Positions 23,936-37,682 of a stretch of 64,000 nt of DNA are shown here, piece by piece (the first letter of the stretch is position 1; the number at the start of each line of letters is the position of its first letter). The DNA lies in assembly GCA_010015805.1 (NCBI GenBank), contig ML978121.1:2604001-2668000 (forward strand), in the 5' to 3' direction. Both the position numbers and the translations under genes were made by a program. The notes below the pieces were generated by a model. That model did not search any database and was not told where the DNA came from. It saw only the letters and a program-made list of their open reading frames with translations. The DNA is from Rhizodiscina lignyota (Eukaryota).

Positions 23936-25948
23936 TGTGTGGTATGTGGCTGTGTATTGGTGGAGATTTCGAGATTGAAAGTAGATAAAGTAGATCGAGT
24001 AGATAGAGTTGTGGGGTTAATGAAGATATATACGAGATCCTTTTATTTGCCGCGAGGCTGAATTTGTCGTCACACCAGACCTTGGCAATAGGCTTCAGGT
24101 AATCATTCCACACACTTCTGAAGCAGCCTGGACTCGGTTTGAAAAGGCTGCAACCGCAAAAAAGCGGCCAAACAGGTGTTGTGACCGGAGTTCGCAGTCA
24201 GGCTGACATCAAACTGATCTCAGGGTGGCGCTGAGGCTCTGTTGTAACCGCGTGATATGGCAGTGAAAAGGTCTCGTGCCAGACGAATGACTAACAGCAG
24301 ACAAGTACGACGGTGAGAGAAATAAGGACGAAACGAGACAGGAAGATGAGAGAGGTCCTACCCTTATCTGTCTATACCTCATACCGTCCCCAAGAGTGAT
24401 GAGCAGCACGGCATGTTACCGCATCCACATCCACCGCATCATCAGGGGATCCTTCGTCTCGCTAAAGATGGCTCAGGTTTAAGGGTCCTTCCCGCTCCGT
24501 CGAGTGCCATGCGGCGGGATCATCACGCACTACCCACAAGCGGAACATGGTATGCGAACGGCAAGGAATGTGGCCTGCTTCTCAAGCCGTAGTGAACTCC
24601 GATATCCAATGATGGGAACGAAGTTAGATGGAGGGCAGGGGAGGCGCAGCGAGGCAGATTGCCGCCAAGAGTGTAATGGAGGGTTAGTATGATGTAATAC
24701 GCCGGTGTCGCATGTAGCCTACCGTAGCAGCGGACCACATATAGATTAGTGACATTTTCATATGGAAGTAGCTGAAAAAGTCGGCCTAAAATTCTTCGTG
24801 ATCGTCCACCAGCGGCATCGAAACTCATACCCAGCAAATATGGGCCTCGCACGTAGCCTCTCTGAGCATGAGAGAGGACGACCGCAGTGTCTGTCCCGCT
24901 CCCGATATTAGCGCTTCCTGGGAAAGACTTTCTGGTGATCCTGCTACACCGACTTTATCTCAAGTCGTATATACGATATGCCTGTTTCCATTCTCAACAT
25001 AAAATATGTTGCGCACATCATTCCTACACCAGTTAGATTGTGCTACATGAAATGCATGTAGTTATATTTGCTAGGAGACAATAGGACGGCCAATTGCTTC
25101 AAACGCGGCTTCGTCCATAGAGTTTGGAAGATTGGCAAGAATTTCTTGAATGGCATTCTATGATTAACAGTATCGACTGGCGACGTGTTATTTCCGAACG
25201 CCGTGTTGAATGGACACAGAGAGTACATCCCTTCAAGTGTTGCTGACGCTGGGCTTGTAGAGCATCCGAATCTCTTCAACCCGTTTCGGATTTATGGGTT
25301 AGGGTTGGCGGAAGGTTCTGCATACAGCGACACACTGTGTGCGGGAGTACTGACATCTAAGTTCTTCGACACATAGCACCGGAAATGCCAAGGGTGTCGA
25401 GCACGTATTCAAATATGCGTAGGAACCACATGTAAAGTCTGCGCCAACACGCAAAGACTGACATACTTAGCCGCATCCTACTGCGCAACTCGTACCACAC
25501 TGCGTTCACAGTGGAAACAGTAAGGTCTCCTGAGACACAGCATCACAACCTCGAGCTGGAGCATTGTTTCAATGTTTTCGACAATCGGATCGAGAGTGTC
25601 TGCATGCCATGGAACTGACACCACAAATAGCGATCTTGTATGTTGATCTGATGTGATATTCAAAAGAATGCCATCACTGGGGAAGTCATACTAATCGGTA
25701 TTCTCACTGCAACTAGAGCGTTCATTCGATTATACGCGGCTCGCTGGCGTCCAAAACAATGCCTGGATATTGCCATGAGTAATAGCTCTTCACTGGTGAG
25801 AATGACCAGAATAACCGCGAACGCAGTTGTTGAAGACGAGAACCGCCCAAATGGCTATGACTCAGCAGACCTGAGGAGTACCTTCATGCTGTTGACTGGC
25901 TTCCTAGTTATTTGACGAATCTGAAGAAATGTTATCAGCAATTGAAAA

Positions 25949-27828
25949 CTAGCTCCTCGGCTCCGCGAACTTGACGCGAATCTTCATCCCATCAAAGGGC
26001 TTGCTGGTTATTTGACGAATCTATTGGGAGGTTATCAGCGATTGAAACAAGGAAATATCAGTGGAAAGGGCACTCACATTGAAGACCTGCGCGTCCTTGA
26101 CTTTGTATATCTCCTTGCCGAATTCGAACACCGGCTTGCCATCCGGGCCCTTCTCCAAAGCACCAAGGCCGACTTTATCGAAATCATACCGCCTTACGGC
26201 ACAAGCCAGGATGACTCTCGCCTCCAAGTTCGCCAGTTCTTGGCCGATACAATTCCTCGGCCCTCTCTCAAACGGCCTCCAGGCACTCGCAGGTATCTTC
26301 TTGCCCTCATCCGCGCCGTTGACATCGGCATTGGTACTACTGTACTCTTCTGATACGGTATTTACATCTCCGCTAGCAAGCCAGCGCTCTGGCACAAAGT
26401 CGTTTGCGTTGGCGCCATATACGGCTGGATCGCGCTGAATCAGGGCGTGTGCAATGTATAATACCATGCCGTCGAGGCATAGTGTCTTGCCATCACCCAC
26501 ATCGACCATGAGGCCAGAGCCGGGTAGTGCCATTCGCGCTGAGCTAGCTGGAGGGAACAATCGCAGCGTCTCCTTGATGACGGCAGAAGTGTACGTCAAC
26601 CTTCCCATGAGTTCTTCTCCACGCTCCCGTAATGTCTCTGCTATTGCCTTGGGGGACACATCCGGACCAAGTACTTCGTCGAGTTCGGCTCGTAGCGCAG
26701 CGAGTGCGTGGGGCGTGCGAGACAGCGAGTAGAACGCCCAGGCAAGCGTTATGGCCGTAGTGTCGTGTCCAGCGAAGAGGAACGATTGAATCTGGTGCGT
26801 TACGACGTCAAGTGTGTATGGATCCAATTCAGCGGTATCTTCCAGACCCAGGGCGAGGACACTTCTTGCCCTAGCAGATTTCCCCATGCCTTTGCTCTCA
26901 TCCCTCGCTCTTTTCACATCCGCGAATTTCTCTTTGACGACGTCCTTGATGGCTGTGTCGACGGCTGCAGCAGCATTCCTCCGCCGCCGCCTCAACACGG
27001 GACCAATTTGGAGCCATTGCCACCCATAGTCCGTGTAAGATGATTGGAGAGCGGCGAATGTAGTGACTATGGGATGGGGCTTGCTCGTTTGCGCGGTCAT
27101 GTCAACATCCATAGCAATGGCGCCAATGATATCGAACGTCAGATTGATCGTGAGCTTCATGAGTTCAAACTCCTGGCCTGAGCGGGCGAATCCATCGAGC
27201 AGATCGAGAAAGGTCATCGTCTTGTCTACAATCCGGGGAACGAGCTTGATAAGGTACTGTGGCGCGAACCCAGCATTGAAGGTCCTCCGGAGTGCCTTCC
27301 ATTTCTCTCCTTGGGCAGAGATGATGCTGTGCTCTCCGATAATTGGCTGGAGGTCTCCCATGGTAGGGGATTTTGGCGTGCTATATGGGTAGTTCTTCGA
27401 TACCCGGGAGAGCTGTTCCGCGATGATGTGAGATCGGATAACTACCACATTATAGTGGACCTGGAAATGATTTTAGCATGAATAGCAGAACTGGTGTGAT
27501 TGACGAACTGGCCGCATGTCTAGGAAAATCAATGGTGGTGATCCGGCGTCCTGAAAAAGCTTTTCAAAAGCGTGGTCTTCGTGTCCATTGCAGTCAGCAC
27601 TGAAATCCACGAAATGAGCTTCAGAATATTTCACATACCAGTGTGCATTCGCTTATCAGGCATTGCATTTACCGCCTCTCCGAGCGCTTTCAATGATCCG
27701 AAAATCAATGACTTCGGAGGGGATGGGAAGTCCTTATATTGCTCATAACGCAGATAGACCACCCTCTTGTAGCCATACCAAGCGGCAATGGCGAGAAGAG
27801 GGATTATGAGCAGAAGATAGCTGTACAT
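25949..27828 (-). CDS. Cytochrome P450 monooxygenase, multi-exon
   Basis: N-terminal TM plus Pro-rich hinge (MYSYLLLIIP...FPSPP), I-helix FAGHDTT, ExxR KETLR, PERW and heme motif FERGPRNCIG. The last exon reads IRQITSKPFDGMKIRVKFAEPRS*. Confidence 0.93.
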
Positions 27829-28736
27829 GGTGTGCGCAATTAGTTTCAGACCAAAGAACCAGCTCTGCTGAAGGGCTGAAGTCCGGCAGACTCAGGTCGT
27901 CTGCTGGGAGGGTGGAAATCGGTGCGAACACCATAGAGTGTCAAATTGAGAGAAACCTATATTTTCCTGAGGAGCCGTGGTAGAAATCACAAATTCATTG
28001 CGTTGGTGAAGCCGAGTCCATGGGGTTCCGCTTGCAACCACGTGGGTCAAAAGACGGCTGGGAGGTCTCACTCCTTTATACATTTTAGCGCAGTTCTAAT
28101 TCGAAGACATGTTAAAGCCGTAACCCCTGTAAGGCTCAAGGTACAGCCGTGTTGCCGTATCGATGTGTACCGAGTCTGACCACTGTCCGAGCGCCCACAA
28201 TATGTCTTTATTAACCCACTTGGCAGCGGGTCTTGATTGAAGGACTAGCTAAATAGGTCCTAATAGGAAATAGTGACCCATACTGTTCATAATGATTCAT
28301 CTCAAATAGCCCCCAAAATTGCTATACCCCATACCATCTCCGGCTAATTCTTCTGGAAAAAATGTCGACTGATGAGAGCATATTCGGCTATGGACCGTTC
28401 CGATGTACGCCCAGAAGGTGATGTACAGGGATAAGTTGATCGCTTAGGCGACCGCGCCTGTTCAGTGGCTTGGGAGGAGGATTTAAAGTTGAGTATAAGA
28501 ATCTGACACGCGAGCTTCGACTAGGTTTATGGGTAAATAAGTTTATTACTAAGGTTCCTTGCTGGATATCATAAACAGTAATCATATTCTGGAAATAGTA
28601 GAAATGCTGGGAGGAGACCGCAGATCAAGCGCTCAACATCATCAACCTCTTGGCGCCGCCTCTTTTCGTCCAGAAAAAGCCATATTGAGCCAATGCCGCG
28701 AGAACTTCAAGGAAATATGTATGTGCAAAATATACA

Positions 28737-29945
28737 TCATGCAATGGACGCGCGATGAGTATTCCACTGGTCATGCCTAGATATCATCGATGTCACGGGC
28801 TCTAGGTTCATCTTCGCAATCGACTTCGCAGTATCCACCCGTGACAGCTGGTCCTGCTCTTTCGATTCTTCAATAACACTCTCTTTGGGCGGCTCTGCAG
28901 CACTCATAGGCATCACACTGATGGATTTTGATCGTGCGTGGGTGAGCGGGTCGTCATCGTCGTCCTCTTCGTGATGACCAAGTGACTTGGACCGCTGTGG
29001 ATCGCCTTCCGTTCCACCTTCCGTTGCTGGTGATTGGACTTCGAGGTGGTGCTTCGAGTTCTTGCGCCAGGCCTTGGGCTTCAAATGGCTGAACCAACTA
29101 CCTCTCTTATCATGATCCTTGCTCTCGGTGCTCTTCGCTATGAGTTTTGAGGCCGCAAATGGAATCTCAGAGGTCGTGGCCTGGCGCTCCATGACCGCTT
29201 CATAGTTATCATTCCACTCCTTGTCTAGCTGCGCTAGTGCGATCTCTGCCGCGGTTGCGTATCCAGGATATTCGTCCTTGCAAACATCGCGAATCATCTT
29301 GAGCTTTGACATATCTCTTGAGGCTCTTGCTCGTTCGAAAACAGGATGCCATCCAAACGCTCTGATGTCATGTCGCATTGCCATGTCTACGCGCTCTCGT
29401 ACACCCATTAGTTCCACTAGAACGTCCACGTTGTCACGGATCAGCTTGACGAAGTCTTGGAACTTGAGAGCATCAACGATCTGCCAATGCACCATAGTTG
29501 CGCTCTTTCCTCGTCTCGGCTCGCCTTTCTTTATGCGCTCTCTCATGTAGTATAGCTTCTCTCGAAAGGCCTCGAGCCGATTGAAGTCAAGCGCAGGCTC
29601 AAAGCCAGGCGAGAACTTCTTCGGCGGCTTGAGCCCATACTGCTCGAATTGTGTTACGCGATCCGTATGTGCCGGCCTGTCGATGATCGCCTGCAGTGCT
29701 GCTTCGACCTTGTCCCTCGTGTCTGGCTCATCGAGGCGAGCATCGCGCTGTTCGTCAGCCTCACATATTCCCACCACGTCGCCCCAAGCCAGCAGCCTGC
29801 CCTGCTGGATGCCGAGTTTCGTGAGCTCGAGGTGCTCGGTACGTGACCAGTTCTTGTCACCGTGTACAAGGCCGAAGCATTCGACGCAGGTGCTGAAGAG
29901 GTTTGCGAGAGTAAGCTGCTTGGAGGATGTCTGATCTGTTGCCAT
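28737..29945 (-). CDS. HeLo (prion-inhibition and propagation) domain protein
   Basis: The N-terminus LANLFSTCVECFGLV...KLGIQQGRLLAWGDVVGI and the later W.IVD..KF..FV..IR..VD.L match the HeLo pattern. The C-terminus looks disordered. The ATG at MATDQ was chosen as start. Confidence 0.75.
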   Translation of the reverse strand: MATDQTSSKQLTLANLFSTCVECFGLVHGDKNWSRTEHLELTKLGIQQGRLLAWGDVVGICEADEQRDARLDEPDTRDKVEAALQAIIDRPAHTDRVTQFEQYGLKPPKKFSPGFEPALDFNRLEAFREKLYYMRERIKKGEPRRGKSATMVHWQIVDALKFQDFVKLIRDNVDVLVELMGVRERVDMAMRHDIRAFGWHPVFERARASRDMSKLKMIRDVCKDEYPGYATAAEIALAQLDKEWNDNYEAVMERQATTSEIPFAASKLIAKSTESKDHDKRGSWFSHLKPKAWRKNSKHHLEVQSPATEGGTEGDPQRSKSLGHHEEDDDDDPLTHARSKSISVMPMSAAEPPKESVIEESKEQDQLSRVDTAKSIAKMNLEPVTSMISRHDQWNTHRASIA

Positions 29946-30746
29946 GGGATGACTCGCTACGAAAACTGTGATCGGCACGAGGATAAGAGGTCAAGGAAGT
30001 TCCTTGATTGCGATTGAAGAATGTTGAGGAGCGGTTGAGGGGTGAGGTGTATGAATCGACCTGCTCTCGTGAAGGAAGAGGGAGAGGAACGATTCGGCCG
30101 CGGAAGAAATAAGCAATTGAGTGCTTGGAAGGCTGGCCACTCAATTGAAGTACGACGTGGTGACCTTGTCAGGTGCGGGGCAATTGGCCGTTGGCGGGGG
30201 TTAGCTCAAATGTGTGCAGATGTGGCGTAACGCTAGATCCCGAAATCTGAGGAACACGGGACGAAGTGACAGGAGATTTGATAGGCCAAACTAGTATTGA
30301 GTCCAGGTATTAATATACATTAGAAGGTATGGACCACGTCTTTCCTATATACAGGTGCGGGAATAAAAGGGTTGGGAACCACAGGCTCGGGCCGCCGTAG
30401 TTGAAAAGAATTTTTGGAAAGATGCAAGGATCTCGCTGTGGTAGGGAAAAGCGATAGCGTGACATCGAGCCACTCCTGTATGATTTGGCCCACTCAACTT
30501 GTCGAACGATAACATGGACGTTAAACTTGCCTAGCTTGCTCGTCCTAAACTCTAATGCCGTTGCTATGAGGGTATCTTTGGGTCTATAAAGCAAAGCTGA
30601 AGGATAACCGCCGCTATTAGTGGTGCTGATAGGAGGTGACTATGTGGACAACTTCTAACATTAGCAGGGAAACTTCTAGTCCGACTTTCGCGGCATATAT
30701 ACCGTTTCGAGATCTACTACGTACTTTGGGCGTACCAAGCGTCGAC

Positions 30747-31220
30747 TTAAGTCTCCCAGGATTTACATCTTTTGCAAGCTGCATGACCTGACAACCAATC
30801 TTAGCATGTCGTTCTCCACTGCAGAGAGTGCGTCCTACCGCAAGATATGCAGCTTGGACAATTGGCAAGAAGCCATGGCCCCTGATCGCATGCACAACAT
30901 ATCCAGAAGGCTTCTCCAGGCGGGCTTGGCTCTGAGTATGGCCGTTGTAGAAGTGGAACCACATCAATCGCCGGCGCAGGAGATATGCTAGGAGATACAT
31001 TTAGATCGTTCTCGCTTTCATGGATCGCATCGATAGAGTTGAGTTTCGCGTTCGTTGAGGTGGTTGGCGTTTGAACGTTGGCGCTGATAGTGGCGGGTTT
31101 GCAGTCCGCACACGCCTGAATGTGGCAATTAGAACAAGCAGGATGGAGAGTGTATAGTTGAGGTCCATAGCCGCACTGGCAACAGTAATAAGCGTTGTAA
31201 CCGTCCCTCTGAGTGGGCAT
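30747..31220 (-). CDS. Small (140 aa) protein with two CCxCxxGP...CxxC..H..CxxC Cys-rich motifs, putative zinc binding
   Basis: Repeat 1 is YYCCQCGYGPQLYTLHPACSNCHIQACADC. Repeat 2 is FWICCACDQGPWLLANCPSCISCG|HAACKRC and is completed only by splicing a 51-nt intron (30838-30788, GTAGGA..GCTAAG..CAG). Confidence 0.75.
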
Positions 31221-34042
31221 ATTGCATGGGAAGAGATATGAGAGTCAGTGGGCGAATCGGTGCAAACGTTCAGATCAAGATGCACTACGACTTCGAGCGA
31301 GTCTTCGAGAATCTTGAAAGCGTGCGTAGTAAAGGGGATAGCTGCACTAACCCATGTTTTAAACCATCAGTCCTTCTTTGCAAGGCGACAAGGAGAGCAA
31401 TGGCGCAGGGACCAGAAGAAGGCGCAATCTCCAACCATCCATATAATCTTACAATTTGCCTACACTTCGACCACTGATATCTCGTGCTTCCGATATTGTT
31501 ACAAGTATCGAGGATCTCAAGGAAGGCCGTTGCCGCGGTCAGGCACATTTTGATGCGAAGGCAGGATTGAGACCCGCTTCGTCGTGGGCTGAGAGATTTA
31601 TTTTTGCGAGGCCGCACATATCAGCATGTCTTCAGATGGATTCTTGTGTCGGAATCCGGGGCTTTCTCCGGTTGAGGTATCGATGAATGATACTACTGGT
31701 GGACCCCCACCCGTAGCGAGGGCGAGGAAGGTGGCTGTAGCATCGGGATACACTCGTTGTGGTAGTTGAACGTTGCACAATGACTCTGAGGATCGAACAG
31801 CCCGAGAGTGCCTGGGCGGCCTGCAGTTGTGCGCTCGGAGAAGATGCGCTCGGTGGCGTCCACTCGATGAATTTTGCCCCTTTCCCATACACCTAACGGT
31901 AAGGTGTCGCCATGAAACACTTCCGAGAACTGAGACAGAACGGTTGAGCAAACTACTCTCTAATGTCTAGCGGCTATTGCAGCCCTGTGAAGTGGCGACT
32001 GGAGCTTGAGAACTGCCTGTCGCCATAGTTGGCTTGGCAGTTGATAGCTGCGGTATGATGCGGGCACGCTCACCCTATAAGCTTGCGAATCAAGGGGATT
32101 GCGATAGCTGGCGGCGCACTGCGATGGGAGAAGCAGGATCAGGCGCAATGGTCCGCAATGCCGTGCTTTCACAGCCGCTCCTGTCAACCGCACCGGATCA
32201 ACTCCGTCCAGCTCGATTCTCTGGGGCTGATTGCTTCGATTTTTCCACTCCTAAAGTTAAGAAAGAAAAAAGAATTGAGTAATGCAGTTCGGGCACATTT
32301 AAAAGGGGGAAAATGAATGAGGATTGTAACTCATTGGAAATGAGCCCCCGGCCAGCTAAACCCCGAGTCTGCAAAGCTTTAATAGCCGCATCCCAGGTAC
32401 TACCAATCATTCTTGAGAGCACTTGGTGTGCTAGAAGGCAGAGCACCAAAGGAATGTTGACTGATCGCCGGCTACTGCGCCCAAACCCGGCAGCTGACAA
32501 CCAGGAAAAAGTGCAGAACGCCAGGCAAGAGCAGGCAACTGTTAGCGATTGTTGTAGGGTAGCGCGAATGGGGTGTGATCGCCTGTCTCTCCGCTGGGTG
32601 GTTGTTCGTTGGCCAACGGTCGTGGAGCAGGTCGCTGGATAGCCAGTAAAACTTGCGACTTAACAACAATACTTTATCAGGTGCACGCTACATTGCAAAC
32701 GCCGCTGCAAAGATGTTTTTGCTCCACATCGTAGGCAGGGCGGTGCTCTATGTCATGAGATACCCCTGAGGCTGACCGGCGAGATTGTGAGTCGGGCGAA
32801 AACTCGCGTCTTGGAGCCTCGCCGCTAGATGCACGAAACATCAGCCGCCCGCACCACTGCACCGGTCAGTTGTTTCGATTCGTCTTTGGGGAGCCTGCTG
32901 AGCCTGCTGAGCGATGAGCGATGCAACATTTCTTGACTATGTGTGATTTTTCCACGGCCCAGAATTTGTGAAGGAAACGAACCGACGGAAAGAAGTTGTG
33001 GCAATCCTGCCTAGCCAATACAAGGAGAGATGAGATGCTCCACCCTGAAAATCAGATGACGGCTCTGCGGAGGGCGAGACTCTGAGTACAGTATCCCAGA
33101 AACGTGAAGCAGTTGCCCTTCCAAACTAATGCGAATCGCATCCTTCTATAGCTCTCCGAACAAGAGCCGCAACCTAGTGGTGCGTATGCATTGACAACGA
33201 ACGCTTAATGTTCTCCTCAGTCCGCACCGCCGTCATTCACATTTCGGTATTCTTCCACAGATGCTGTGCCATTTCGGAAATGCCATGCCCAATGAACATT
33301 TCACACGTCGAAGGGCGTCAATACTCGAGTTGAAAATAGCGCGGCTGAATTCGAGGAGCTATTGGTGCGATGGAGGGGAGATTTGAGCGGCCTCTTGCCT
33401 TTCTTGCCTTGTGATATTGACCGAGACCTCTAGCTCCGTTGACCGGATGCGGACTGCCAGATACTGCTGCAGCCTGAAATATCTACCAGCTCGTGGAGAA
33501 CTCGAGTCATTAAACACGCCTCGACCGGGCGTTCTCTTCAGGGCGCAAGGCATGCACTGCAACAATTCCATTGCTTGCTGGCAGATTATCAGAGTCAGAG
33601 AAAGGCGGTGCGAGCGCGTGATGTTAGGAGTCGGTCTTGGCGGAACGTTGACCGTTGGAAATATCCCTGCTAAACAGTCGTTGGCAATGAGCGTCGCCCC
33701 AAAGCTACAGAGGAGAGCAGCTCAGGTCTTGCTACCCTAAGAGAATAAATTAGCAAACTGGAAATTTGGACGCAGTGCATACAGTACCAGCGTCTAACAT
33801 TTTAGAACCGCCGCACTTCGATATCGAATGAGTGGAAACTCATGGCCGTACTCATTATTTCAACAAGTCTGAAGCCGGTTGCGAATATGCTGTAGCGCCT
33901 CGTGTGCGCCAGGAAACAAACTTGGAAGTTGCAAGAGCCTCGAACCTTCTTTCCACTCGAAGATGCAGCTTCCATCTCCTATGGCAAGGCAAGGCATCTA
34001 CTCTATACGCGCTCATGGCTTCACTTTACGCACATCAGGGAG

Positions 34043-35242
34043 ATGAGAGCCGCCAATATCGGGACCGCGATTGCGGTCCCTCTGGCACTCCTGGCCGTAA
34101 TTGGCTATGTTACCTTCGTCAACGTGGATGTGATTTGCGGTAAGTTGTTCAGTGCTCCTCTTCTGTCGCCACGAAACGCATGAGGCTGACGCTTTTCAGT
34201 TCATTACCTCCTCGATCCTTCCAGCCATTATGACGCTATTCTCAAGCTCCCGACAAGAACCGGCGCCGCACTCGCTATCCTCATCATTCATTTCATCCTC
34301 CTTCTACTGATGCTGATCCCGTATGCACGCCTGTTGCTATCGATGGTGTCGAATTCAAACTATATACCGAGAGGAAGCGAAGAGCTTGTCGACAGGGCTA
34401 CTATCCTCTCCGGAGCAGCAAATTTACCGAAAGGCGCAGAAAAGTTCTACAAGCGCGACATCTTTGTGTGCGACTATCAAGGCCTTCCGAACTATTGCAC
34501 AGAATGCCGATGCTACAAGCCAGATCGTGCGCATCATAGCAGTGATGTGGGCCGCTGTGTCATAAGAATGGACCATTTCTGTCCATGGGTTGGTGGCATG
34601 GTCGCTGAGCTGAACCATAAGTGGTTTATCCAGTTCCTGGTGTACGCTTCCTTCTTCAGTGTCTTCATTCTCGCTACGATGGCGTACATGCTTCATGATC
34701 AACTACGGCGTGTCGGAAGCCTTAATGCTCACACCATTGTCGCGACTGCATTTGGAGGCATGTTTTCACTTTTCTCTGTCGGAATGGCCGGCAATACCAT
34801 CTACCTGGCCATGCAGAATCTGACGACTATCGAAACACTCGATCAGAAGGCGCGAAGTTATTATTTTGCTGTTCTCATCAACGGGAGACAGCGTGAGGCT
34901 ATCGACTCTCCTCAGTCTGCTCCGATCCATACCATCACGTACACGCGTGACGGCCAAAAAGTCTCCATATCCCCGAATGCAAGCCCAGGCGGAGATAGTC
35001 GAACCTATGCAGTCCTTCAGACAAGAGCAGGTGACAGGCCGTGGGATCTCGGCTCGTCGAACAACTGGAAGCAAATCATGGGCAGGAGCTGGCTTGACTG
35101 GTTACTCCCAATACAGCGTTCACCGATGTGCAGACATGACCGATCGGGGCCTGAGTATCCATTCGGTGCTGCTGTGGATCGGATGGTGGAAGACTCGGGA
35201 ATCGGAATGGATTCCCTTGTACATACTTCACATAATGTGTAA
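34043..35242 (+). CDS. DHHC-family palmitoyltransferase, Pfa5-like (DHFC variant)
   Basis: CTECRCYKPDRAHHSSDVGRCVIRMDHFCPWVGG, NHKWFIQF, NLTTIE and PWDLG..NW..IMG motifs, four TM segments. Intron at ~34140-34199. Confidence 0.88.
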
Positions 35243-35872
35243 TTACGGTAATCGTTGATATCGAACTATTAGTCGGACGTCTGCGCTGAATTGGTAGAAG
35301 AGTACGCTTGACCTATCAAATCGATCGCGGAGTATACGAGCGAAGACAGCAAAGGCTTTGGTGCAGCCTGGGTTAGATATCTTGAGTGGACCTGTCTTCG
35401 CATTAAACTGGCTAAAATCCATCAGTGTAATTCTACTAGAAGCGAGCTCATCGAGATCGTCGCGAAGATCTGGAGACGACAGCCGGAACTGAGAATTCAC
35501 GATACTTGTATATACATTTGCTGCTGTGAAATCAAAAATCCAGAACACCCCTTCACTATTTTCAACAAGGGACCAATCATAAGCTCCGATCCCTTTTTGG
35601 AAAATAGGGCTGTCGTTTGTCTCGGAAGAATGACCTCATCGGCCCGAGCGCCAAGGATGCGGAGCTCTGTTTCATCAATCTCCAAGCCGTCTCGACTTCA
35701 GTAGACCATCTTTCCCCGCATAGGGCATACGGTAATTGTCGGCAACCTCAGTCCAGCTTAGAAATTGCGGCGTTAGACCTCTCAAAAGTGAGTACGTCGT
35801 TTGTACGCTGATCCTCATCCTGCATCCCGCGAGTCGCGACCAAGTCAAATTGATCGCATCCAATATCTGACG

Positions 35873-37375
35873 ATGTCTACTCAGCAGGTTCAATCGCGCG
35901 GCATCTATCATGGCCTTCCCGTCTTCCCTCCCTCCGTGAAAGGCCTCAAAGCGATCGTGACGGGCGCCAATGGCATTTCTGGGTACCATATGGTGCGCGT
36001 TTTAGCAGAGGCCCCGGAGCGATGGAGCAAAATATATTGCCTCTCGAGACGGCCTCCAGCCATTCCTGGAGGAGAGCCAGACAATGCTGAGCATATACCA
36101 TTGGACTTTTTAAAAAGCCCAGAAGAGATTGCCAAGGTCTTGAAAGACAGAGGGGTGGAGGCGTACGTAGGCACCGATCTCTTGAGGGCAAGAGCGTTAG
36201 CTGATAGTGGACAGGGACTACGTCTTCTTCTACTCGTATATCCAGGTGGAGCCAAAAGAAGGGCAAGCGTTATGGTCAAATGCGCAAGAGATGTGCGAGG
36301 TGAACTGTACGCTATCTGCGGGCTTCTCTAGCGAGACAGAGCGCTTACATTTCATGTGTAGTGAAACTCCTTTCCAATTTTCTCGATGGCTTGAAGATCG
36401 CATCCATCTCTCCTAAGAAGATCATGCTTCAAACCGGAGCAAAGAACTACGGTGTTCACCTCGGGCCCACAACTGTTCCGCAGGAGGAGGACGACCCCCG
36501 AGTTACCCTCGAGCCGAACTTCTATTATCCGCAGGAGGACTTCCTCTGGGACTACTGTAAAAACCTCAATATTGGCTGGAGCGTCGCTCGGCCATCATTT
36601 ATCCTCGGAGCTGTTCCCGATGCAGCCATGAATGTTTGCTTCCCCCTTGCCGTATACGCAGCAGTGTGCAAGCATTTGGGCACGCCTCTGGAGTACCCTT
36701 CCGACATAGGAGCTTGGGAGTCGACGCAAGATCAAAGCAGCGCGATGATGAATGCATATCTCGAGGAATGGTCTGTGCTCGAAGAAAAGGCCAAGAACCA
36801 AGCATTCAATGCCGTGGACGCAAGCCCGTTCTCATGGGGAAAGTTCTGGACTAAGCTTGCCAAATGGTACGGCCTCCAGTACATTGCTCCAGATCCTAAC
36901 AAAGACAACTACCAAACCCTCGAAACTCCCCATGACCCGCCACCTCGAGGGTATGTTCTCCAAAGTCATTTGATGACTGTAGGTGCAATTTTACTTACTT
37001 GTTGTAGTTTCGGACCGCCAGGCTTGATGCACACCAAATATACTATGACGGAATGGGCGAAACGACCCGAGATAAAGAAGGCATGGAAGGAGCTTGCAGA
37101 GAAACATGGCCTGCAGGACAAGGATCTTAAGGAGTCAGATCGCATATTCGCTTTCCTCGATGCTGCGTTGTCCTGGTCACAAAAGATCCACTTCAGGTAG
37201 GCTCATTCTCACATGTCTGCTTGTAAATGGGTACTGACCTATGTACAGCACGACAAAAGCTCGCAAGCTAGGCTTTCACGGATTTGTAGACTCGACAGAG
37301 TGCATTCTTGAAGTATTCCATGATTTTGCGAATCTGAAGATGATACCTCCGGTTCCTGTGCCTCCACCATCGTAG
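35873..37375 (+). CDS. NAD(P)-binding SDR of the PRISE (progesterone 5-beta-reductase/iridoid synthase-like) type, multi-exon
   Basis: AIVTGANGISG, YCLSRRPP, FFYSY, LQTGAKNYG and NFYYPQED motifs. Four introns. Ends KARKLGFHGFVDS...MIPPVPVPPPS*. Confidence 0.87.
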
Positions 37376-37682
37376 CTAAGCAATGATTATGTCAAACATT
37401 GAACAATCACCCGGTAGTTTGCTCTATACAGTATGCATGTGCCATCGTCCCAGCAAGGTGCAAGTCGCAATTGTACCTAAATATGCGGCGTGAAGGACCG
37501 TCGCGCAAATACGATCTTGTGTCAATTTGGGATCTCTTATGGAGGTAAGGAGGAGTGCAAGCACTTCTGACTCTATTCTCCCATGGCCCATGGATCTTAC
37601 AAAGGCGACAGCGCTGACGTTCAAGCTTTTTTGCTGTCTTCATATCACTCCATCTTTCTTCCCCCCGCGACAACATCTAACC

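Noticed and set aside
25949..37375. P450 and PRISE-type reductase as members of the RiPP cluster
   Set aside because: They are 9-20 kb away, separated by unrelated genes and outside the flanking direct repeats.
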